A model generated the notes under the pieces. It was not told where the DNA came from, made no database searches, and was given only the letters and a program-made list of their open reading frames with translations. Shown here one piece after another: positions 54,401 to 64,000 of a stretch of 64,000 nt of DNA; positions within the stretch are counted from its first letter, which is position 1, and every line of letters starts with the position of its first letter. The stretch comes from Bugula neritina (lineage: Eukaryota > Animalia > Bryozoa), in NCBI GenBank assembly GCA_964035545.1, contig OZ037770.1, positions 3,752,662 to 3,816,661 on the forward strand, read 5' to 3'. Both the position numbers and the translations under genes were made by a program.

Positions 54401-56974
54401 TTGCCAGCACTCACTCAGCAAATCAAAGTACTCAAGTACTTGGTTCCTGCAAGGTATCCAAAAACTCATCTATCCGATGGAGGGAGTTAAAATCCTGGAT
54501 AGTGACACTGTTGAGGCTGCGGTAGTTTACGCAGATCTTCTAACTGCCACCCTTCTTTTTGACTAAAACTACTGGTGAGCTCTACGCAGTATGGGCTGGC
54601 TCAATCAGGTCCCGGTCAAAAAGGCTTAGCACCTGTCGACTCACCTCATTCTCCCTGCACTGTCGTTGAGTTGGCGGTTTTATGAGCACACTGTTTGCTG
54701 CCAAGGATATCTTGTGGCAGATGATTTTGGTCAACCCTGTGTCATTGCCTCTACAGTTGAATATGCTATTGTACTCCAGGAGTAGTTCAGCCAGTTCTTG
54801 GCACTCCGAGCAATTTCTACAGCTTCCACAGTGTCGTTCATACAGGTAAGCAACATACTCCAGGATTGCTCCCCGTCTGTTCCCTGGGCGCTGGTCACTT
54901 TCTCCGATGCCAGCCCCACATCGGCCTCTTGGAAAAAGTAGTACCTCCCCACAATTGCACCAGTCAGCAGTTTGATTGGTTTTGTGAAAGGGTTGATGCA
55001 TTGCCCGAAAAGCTCCCCGACAACAGTCTAGCCGATTCAGGTTGTTTGTCAGTTGAATCTTCCTATACCTCTCTTCCACCACTTCAAGCTCCGTAATCAT
55101 CCTCCAGTTGACTGTTATGGTACCGTGCAGTCCTGTACTACCTAAACTCTGCTCACCAAAGGCTTGCCAAATTTGTTGACAAAGATGAGTTTTTTCCCAG
55201 CCGTCACCACCGCCAACATTTTAAAATTCATGTGACACTAGTGTTTTTTCAGGAATGGAATGCCCAAGATGGCATCCTCCTTCAAGTAATTAAAGATGAA
55301 GGTCTTGTAGATCACCTGATCATAGACTGGTGTAGGTAGTGTAATGATGCCGTAGAACGGAAAGCCTGACCAGCCCACCTATGTCACCTTGTGCACCTAC
55401 ATATGGCTCAATGCTAGCCCTCTCTCAAGCGCCAAGAGTGTTAAAGAGATGCCGACTCAACATTTTTATAGTGGACCTAATATCCAGTAGGAAGGCTGCA
55501 GCTTTACCTGCAATATTATGGAGTAGGAAGTAGCTGCCACCGTACGGCTGAGTGCTCCTGAAGCAGTCAGTGTCTGGCAGAGACACTTCTTGAGTCCTTA
55601 CGACGGGCCTCCTTTTCGACTTCACGACATTGGAGGCTTTCCGAGGTTTAGAGCGTAGCTTGGAGTCTTTTTCCGCAACTTTGTTGGGTAACTACCGGAA
55701 CCGGTTGCTGAGTGGCTAGGCAGAAGGTTCTGGTAGACTTTGCGGTTTTCTAGATCTTTGTAGTGCGTGCCATCCTAAGTCAAGAGACCCAATCCCAGTG
55801 TTGAGTGACCAGACAGGAAGTTTGTGCAGACCTCTCAGCCCCCGAGATCTTTGAGGTGTCTGCCATTTGGCATCGCCAGGCTCCATTGGAATCCTTCTAA
55901 ATGAGGCTGACTCTGGACCCACAGTTGGCGGAAGTTACCGCAGGTATCCGGTGTTTAGAAGCACCTTCTTTCACTGTTGGGCATTCTTACTGCATGTGTC
56001 CATTTGTCCCACACTCCCAACCAGTGAGTGGTGGCGACCTGATGGGGTCGTTCCAGGACCAGGGCAAATGCCGATCAGCTTGAGTCTGAAGGCCCTTCAT
56101 CGTATTCATCAACATAAGGAATTTTGTAGGGCCAGCGACACCGTGGTATCAGCCACGACTTGAAGTGCTGGCGTGGTGGGTCGGACCGCCTCCTGTCCTG
56201 TTTCTTTAGTTTGGTTAGCAGTTAATCTTTCCACTTGGTAATAGGCTTTTCCCATCTTTACCGCTACTTCAATAGAGTCGACGTTAGATGCCAGTAAGTA
56301 GCGCTGCAGTCCTGCATAATTCAGTGCCCTTAAAATCAACTTATACGCCATGCTCCGGGCTATTTCTTGTTTGTTTGGCTGTAAGCTATCAATGACAATT
56401 TCTTTATTTGGTAAACAAAATCCTGAAGAGATATCCTACGGTCTCTCTTGAAACTCTGGAGTTTTTCTCCAGCGTCTCGAGCGTTCATACCAAACCAAGT
56501 CCCTAAGGCCCAAAAAATATACGTGACCCATGCCGGGATCTCGGCTATAATACTTGGGCTTGTCCGTTAAGCGGGTCCGGAGCTAGAGAGGTCACTATTT
56601 GGCAATTTTTGCAACATCCTCAAAATCATTTATGAAGTGCTTAAGACGCTCTCTTCAAAAGAGAGAAGAGGGTATCTTGAAATGTGTAGGAATAATTTTA
56701 TTTAGATAGCAGTTTCCAAGAGTTGTTTTTGTCTGGCGAGCTCCGGCCATTGAATGGCTCTACACTGCAAGATTGTCTCTCTATATACTCTCAAAACATT
56801 TCTTCCAGAAGACTCTATCGACCTTCGACCGAAAATTGATCATGTTGGAGTCTCCAATCGGATGCCCGACACTACGACATAACTAACATTGGTCCTGTCA
56901 GACGTGGCGCAGCTCCGACTCAATTGTCCAACACTCTGACATGCCTGATCTCAGACAAAGACCCTTTTTTAGCA
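51483..56974 (-). mobile_element. Old, decayed Ty3/Gypsy LTR retrotransposon, copy 2
   Basis: Near-identical to 10121-15594 (offset ~41362), with the same disabled gag/PR/RT/IN remnants. Confidence 0.8.
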
Positions 56975-59130
56975 TAAAAAAATAAAAGAGAAAAACAAAG
57001 AATATGCCCAATCTCGGACAAAGGCCATTTCTTTTAGCATGAAAAAATATAAGAGAAGAAAAAAAGAATATCATTGCGCTAGGTTAAATAATAGTACAGT
57101 AATATACAGAAATATTGTAATAAGTTGTAATATACTGATCCACACTGTAATATACTGATACATGCTTTAATACACTGTAACATACTGTAACAGACTGTAA
57201 TATGCTAAAAAATACTGCAATGCAACATAATACACTGCAATATACGACAATATAATGTAGTACACTGCAACAAACTGTCAGACAATGTAATATAATCTTG
57301 CTTAATTCTCTGTAAGAAACTGTAAGACACGTCAGTACAATGTAATAAACTGTAATATTATATAGTGTAATACATTATAATAAACTGTAATAAACTGTAA
57401 TAAACTGTAATAAACTATAATAAACTGTAATAAACAGTAATATACTGAAATATACTGAAATATACACTAATACCTTGTTATACACTGCAATACCCTGTAA
57501 TACACTGTAATACATTTTACTAGACAACTCCAAAACTCCTCAAACTATGCACTTCTAATCATTTTCCCCAGAACCATTAGAATCAGCAGCTATGCAGACT
57601 CAGCTACATATAATGTATGTGATATGTTGATCACATTTAATTTGTATTATACTTGCATTTATACAATGCATAACTTTGTGTAGCTCTTAGTGACTGTGAG
57701 GCAGGTTCACTAGAAGTAAACTATAACTAAAATCTCATAAAGAGTTTATAATATTATATAAAACCTTGAAACTCACTTGGCATGATTAGTGTGAGCTGTT
57801 GCTTGCAAGTTTCTACCTGCTATAGCTGATTACCAGCTGTCATCTGCTAATTGCCAGTTGCCTTGTGCTGATAGCCAGTTGCCATTTGCTAGTTTCTAGT
57901 TGTAGTTTCTACACCTCAATGATCCTTCAGCCTCAACTTGCAATGTTGAAGTAAAACTCAACTGCCTATTGATTTGTTACTCCTCCTGTTACTATGCAGC
58001 TATAACAAAACCTTATTTACTAACTAATGTTTATAATGAGTGCATAGCAATATACACAACAGCTATTACTTTGTATTAGAAATTATCACTGTGCTCAGCT
58101 CAGCTATTGTGTATTTTATGGTATTGTTTGGATTTGCCAGTTCAAACAAAGAAATCTTTAAAAGCAGAAATAGTGATCAATAATTGTAATCAATGAGGAG
58201 TGCTGCATTTTGTTCTCTTTGTAAAAAAGTGATGCATTGATTAGAGTTAACGTAATAAAATTAAATGTACATATTATAGTTAATTATTTGCTTTTTTCCT
58301 TTACACTGTTTAAATAACTACAAATATTAGCAATGCTATAAGATACAGTAAGTGAAAAAGTTACTATATAACACAAAGCACAGTGTGTAAAAGTTGTTAC
58401 TGAAAGAAGTTACAGAGAAAGTTACTAAAAAGCTGCAAAGCCATTTACCTCTGCGTCAGCTTTCCAAGTAACTTGATGAGGGCCATCTACATTTCTGTCA
58501 CAATTTATTTAAACTTTGCAAATAACTCTTTTAAAGATTACAACTAAATTTATGTTTCGGAATATATCATAGAGATAAAATCTGAACAATATGCCTCCAA
58601 CAGCCCATTATGTCTTGTCATTACAGTATTTCACAAACTTATTTTATATATTTCTGTTAATGTGACATTCATTATAGTCAATGAACTGACTGTTGGTAAA
58701 CTGTGCAGAGAGAATATTATAATAAATAATTTGTATAGTCAAACTTTACAGCTTCATGAATAACTTATATATGATACTTGCGTTATTATTGAGTTGCCAA
58801 GTATAAAGCAACATGAACAAGATGTGTTATATAATATTTTAGCAGCCATATTGTGTATATTATTGTAGTTAAAAATAATAATATTATATTAGTATGTAGT
58901 ACAATTTTAAAGGAGTATTGAAATATAAGCCAGTGAGCATCTACCCTAACTTTTGTTTAACTTTGCCAGTTCAAACAAAAACCTTTTTTGAACTGGCAAT
59001 ACACAATTATGTTAATATTGAATTGTGTTTTCACAGGAGAAAGACTATTGAACAAATTACATACCACTGCTTTTTTCCTTGTTCAGTTTGAATTGTTTGC
59101 AAGAACTGATTTAGAGCCAACACTGCTTGG

Positions 59131-59305
<175 letters not shown>

Positions 59306-60467
59306 TTGTAAGTACCAAAAGTGTTTATTACAAGTGAAACTTTGCCTGCAATGTTAAGCCACGCCCACTGATATCTACTATTACTATAGATGAAATGTTA
59401 TATTTGGGTTTATGTAGCAAAGGTGAATTATATTTTTTGCGCTACTAATGCTAAAACATATGAATGGCTGTCACACAAGAATAATTTTATAAATAAAGCT
59501 AAAAGATACCTATCAGCTTCTGCTACATAATAAATGTAGATGATATTTGTGATATTTGTATAACAATAAACTAACAATTATTTTGATAACACAAATGCTC
59601 TGCTGTAATTCGCATCAAAATAGTTGGCCTCCAGCAACACCTAAAGTGTTTCCAAAAAGAATATATTCAGAAAAGAGTTTGAGCGAGTCCGATTATAGAA
59701 GAAAAACAATGCACAACAGAAGTACGTGATCATGAAAACTGTAATTAATTAACCCTGAAGCAATTCTTTGAGAGTTGTCTTCCTCAATTTTGCTGCGAAG
59801 AGCGTGACTTATGTTACCAAAGTTCGACGTACAAATAGCTGATAAGCTACACGATATTGAAAATGCCGTTTCGATAAAAGCTTTCCTGAATCCATTTCGT
59901 ACACTTCTACACTTATGCCAGTTATCAAAACATTGATTGTAAAAATAATAGTCAATGATTAAAGTGCTCCAGCATCCCATATTATTCTTGTTTATTTTAT
60001 GATCATAATTTTTCAGAACATGTCCGGTAACATTAATAATGCTCATATAATTGCTAATAGTACTACTAATTCTAATAGTATTTAGTATTAGTAATACTAA
60101 ATATTATTAGTATTACTATTAGAATTACTAATACTACTTTTACTACTATTACTATAACTAGTTACTATAAGTATGTTGTGATGCATACTTATAGATAGTC
60201 TTACAATGGCATAACCTGACTAGCAGCTTAGTGCTGTAAAATATTTGTTTACCATTACATACACTCATATTCTTATTTGTGGTTTGTCATTCATCCTTAT
60301 GTAAACTGTTATTTTATTATTATTACCACATGAATAGTTGTCATTGCATTTACTTATTCCTGTTTTACTTGTTAGCCAGTTGCCTGCTAGTGCTTTATTA
60401 ATACAGACATACACTACACAGCTACTTCAATTTCATATTACCACAGCGAATCACAAAACATAACAGT

Positions 60468-60485
60468 TGGTGTCAGAAGTGGGAT
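60468..60485 (+). promoter_or_regulatory. Primer binding site, complementary to the tRNA-Leu 3' end
   Basis: TGGTGTCAGAAGTGGGAT lies 2 nt after the LTR's terminal CA and is the complement of ...ATCCCACTTCTGACACCA (metazoan tRNA-Leu). Confidence 0.85.
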
Positions 60486-60500
60486 ACCATAGCTGATAAA

Positions 60501-63500
60501 ATGGAGGAACAGCTAGCTGGACTGATAGCTGCAATGCAAGCGCAACAGAAGCTTCAGATGGAACAATTTAATACAATGCTTGGACATTTAGCTAAAACTA
60601 GTAACACACAACCTGTTGCTACAACAGTGTCCGTCACTATTCCTAGATTTGAAATTTATGACAGAGAGAAGGAGTCCTGGGCTCAATATTTACAACGTCT
60701 TAAGCAACACTTCACTGTTTACCAGGTAACAGATGCAACTCAACAGCGAGCTTGCCTGCTCTCATGGGTTGGCTCAGAAACATATGAACTTCTCACCAAA
60801 CTTTTTGGACAAGAGGACATAACTTCTAAATCATTAAATGAGCTCACTGCAAAACTTAGTGAACACTTTGTGGAGAAGAAGCATGTGCAGGCAGCTAGAT
60901 ACGAATTCTATAATTGCAAGATGAAGCCAGAACAATCATACTCAGATTGGGCAGCTGACCTACGTGGAATTGCTCGCAACTGCAATTTTATATGCAAGAA
61001 AACCGGCTGTGGTGAAGCCTATGTTGATGAACAAATAAGAGATGTCATCATTAAAGAAACACCACACGCTGATGTACGCAGGCTCTGTTTACTAGAAACC
61101 GATCCCAGTCTAGACGATGTTCTAAAAAAGCTAATACTTTTATAACTACTGCTGAGACAGATAAAGTACTCAAAGGTGAACTGGCAGAGGTGACTACGCA
61201 CCAGATGTCTGCCTCCTATAAAGACAGACGCAAACCCACAAAACATTATGACAGCAGGGACAGCCCAGATTCTGGTAAGATAACTAAACTTAAATCTTGC
61301 CCGCAATGTTTTACACAGCATGACAGGAAACAATGCCCTCATAGAAATAAAAAATGTAATATGTGTCAGCGCATAGGACACATTAGTTCCGTGTGCCAAT
61401 CAAAACCCACTAATGCATCCAATTCAAGCAATGTAATTGATGAAACTACCAGCACCATTTACCAAGTGATTGAAAAAGCTAATAGCATGTATGAGCGTAA
61501 AGGTAAACAAATATGGCTGAATGCTTTGGTCAATGGAAAACAAGCTAAATTTCAATGGGATACAGGAGCCACTTGCTCAATGGTTGGTTTAGTAGGCTAT
61601 AAACAACTAGGGTCTCCCCCCTGTGAGCCTACTGACACTACACTACATGCATATGGAAATTCCTCGCTAAAGGTCAAGGGTCAATGTTTTGTTGATGTAC
61701 AACTGGCGCAAACTGTAAAAGAAAAACTAAGACTTCTAGTTGTTGATTCAAATGAAGGATCAAACCTTTTTGGCCTTGACTGGAGTGACGCTTTTGGTCT
61801 TTCACAGCAAGGGTTATCCGCTATAGTCCAAACAATACATACTAATTCCAAGAAACCCACCAATGACTATCTCCCGACATCAGACATTACAACCATTAAA
61901 AAACGCTACTCAGATGTATTCAAACCAGGCATTGGACACTGCAAATCACTAAAAGTTTCAATCCACACTAAACCAGATGCACAACCAGCTTTCTCTAAAC
62001 CTCGTAATATACCATATTCAACCCGACAGGCTACTAGGGCTGAGCTTGATCGATTAGTTTCAGAAGGCGTTCTCGAGCAAATAAATTTTAGTGACTGGGC
62101 AGCACCTATTGTGGTAGTTTCAAAGCCGTCAGGAAAAGTTCGAGTTTGTGGTGATTTTAAGCAGCTAAACCAGCGTATATCAATAGATCAGCACCCATTA
62201 CCAAAACTTGATGACTTGATGGAAAAACTGCGAGGTGGTGTTTACTTTTCAAAACTGGACCTGGCTGATGCATACCTTCAGTTAGAGCTAGATGACGAAG
62301 CCAAGAAATTGTGTGTGATTAATACGCCATTTGGTTTATATAGATACAATCGAATGTGTTTTGGCATCGCATCAAGTCCTGCACAATTTCAGCGATGCAT
62401 GGACTCTCTCACCGTAGAGCTTCCTGGTGTAGCTGCATACCTTGATGACCTCATCATCACTGGTAGCACAGTAGATGAACATTGGGCAAACCTTAACAGG
62501 CTGCTGGCAAAGTTACAAGAGCATGGTTTTCGCTTAAGATTGGACAAATGCGAATTTTTTAAAACTTCAGTGGAGTACCTGGGCCATGTCATTGACAAAG
62601 AAGGCAAGAGGCCCTCAGAGTCATCCATCGCTGCACTAAAACAACTGCCTATACCTCAAGACATTCAACAATTGAAAGCTTTTCTTGGAAAAATCACCTA
62701 CTATGGCCGATTTATATCAAATCTGGCTGACAAAGCAGCTCCCTTGTACAATCTCCTCAAAGATGGAGTTCCTTTCGCATGGACAAATGGTTGCCAACAA
62801 GCATTTACAGAGCTTAAGGAAGACGTCATTAATGCTACTAATCTGTCACACTACGACGAGTCACAAACCCTTGTGCTTGCAACTGATGCTTCCTCTTATG
62901 GCGTTGGTGCAGTTCTCTCACAACAAGATGCTGACGGTAATGAAATTCCTATTGCCTACAGCTCCAAAACTCTGACAGAGACCCAAAAGAAGTATTCTCA
63001 GATTGAACGAGAGGCACTTTCAATAATTTACGGTCTAACAAAATTTTGTCAATACCTTTATGGCCGAAAATTTATCTTAATAACAGACCATGAGCCTCTT
63101 GTGAGTATTTTCTCACCGCAGAAAAATATCCCTTCTACAACAGCTCAACGACTCCAGCGTTGGGCATTAACACTAAAGGCTTTCCAGTATGACATTGCCT
63201 ACAAAAAGACTTCTAAGCATGGTAATGCGGATGCCCTTTCACGGCTACCGCTAGGTATTGATGAGCAATTTGATGCTGCAGAGCATCAAGAAGATATGGA
63301 AGTATCACACACAATACGGGAAGAAATTCATGCATTTCCATTAGATTCAATGCAGATAAAAAGAGCAACCCAGAATGATGATACTCTTCAGAAAGTTGTC
63401 ACATGGATTCATGAGGGCTGGCCTAACAACAAACCTGCTGAGCCAGAGTTACAACTACTCTGGGCACAAAGGGAGTCTCTTGTCCTTCATGATAATATCG

Positions 63501-64000
63501 TACTCCTACAAAGAGACACAAACTCAAGAGTGGTAGTACCAAAAGCCCTGCAAACTAAAGTTCTAGAAACCCTGCACTCATCTCACTGGGGTGTAGTTAA
63601 AGTTAAACAGCTGGCTAGGCGCTATGTATGGTGGAGCTCTTTGAATGCAGACATTGAAAAACTCACAAAAGCTTGCGACGTTTGTAAACAACTCTCGGCT
63701 GCACCAACACAGTGCTTTACTGAATGGCCTAAAACTGAACACCCATGGGAACGTATTCATCTTGATTTTGCTGGGCCATTCAAAGACAAAATGTGGCTCA
63801 TATGCATTGATGCCCACTCCAAGTTTCCGTACATGGGGAAAATGGAAATTGGACAAACATCTGCCAAGCAGACTATTCAAGTCCTTAAAGACATTTTCAG
63901 CCTGGAGGGACTTCCTAACACTGTGGTCACTGATAATGGCCCACAATTCACCTCAAGTGATTTTGAGGCATTTTGTAAACAGCATGGCATCAGCCATATC
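60501..64000 (+). CDS. gag-pol polyprotein with a single -1 frame break at ~61124-61130
   Basis: gag ORF 60501-61145. A second frame from 61130 carries the knuckles and the PR, RT, RH and IN motifs in one frame to the window end. Confidence 0.85.

Larger units (their letters stand above)
60174..64000 (+). mobile_element. Young Ty3/Gypsy (Mag-like) LTR retrotransposon, truncated by the window edge
   Basis: 5' LTR 60174-60465 (TGTTGTG...CATAACA), PBS, gag, two zinc knuckles, protease WDTGA, RT YLDD, RNase H TDAS, integrase HHCC and DFAGP/TDNGPQF, in gypsy order. Absent at the homologous copy 1 site (~18781). Confidence 0.93.

Overview
AT-rich, intron-containing animal (invertebrate-like) genomic DNA; the species cannot be fixed from sequence alone. 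The window holds two tandem copies of a segment (1-~18780 matches ~36919-60173). Each copy carries a minus-strand gene that I could splice by hand, through canonical GT-AG junctions in consistent phase, into one ORF: N-terminal cap, tandem 138-nt LRR exon cassettes, a Roc GTPase-COR exon, an acidic linker and a C-terminal caspase-fold domain. Copy 2 (50509->35328; 15 coding exons, 4071 nt, 1356 aa) looks intact and has 5 LRR cassettes. Its caspase domain keeps the catalytic His but has Ser in place of the catalytic Cys (EASSG vs QACRG). Copy 1 has 4 LRR cassettes, a TGG->TAG stop at the end of COR, and runs off the left edge. The LRR exons are symmetric phase-2 modules in repeated intron cassettes, and their differences cluster at the predicted concave ligand-binding positions. 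Together this suggests a diversifying intracellular receptor family wired to a (pseudo)caspase, which is inference. Between the copies lies a head-to-head TMTC3 gene (+, 15 exons) with an in-frame TAA and an intron built from 22 copies of its own splice acceptor. Mobile DNA: an old Ty3/Gypsy relic in both copies, an Academ-like DNA transposon in copy 2 only, several MITEs, and a young Ty3/Gypsy element running off the right edge.
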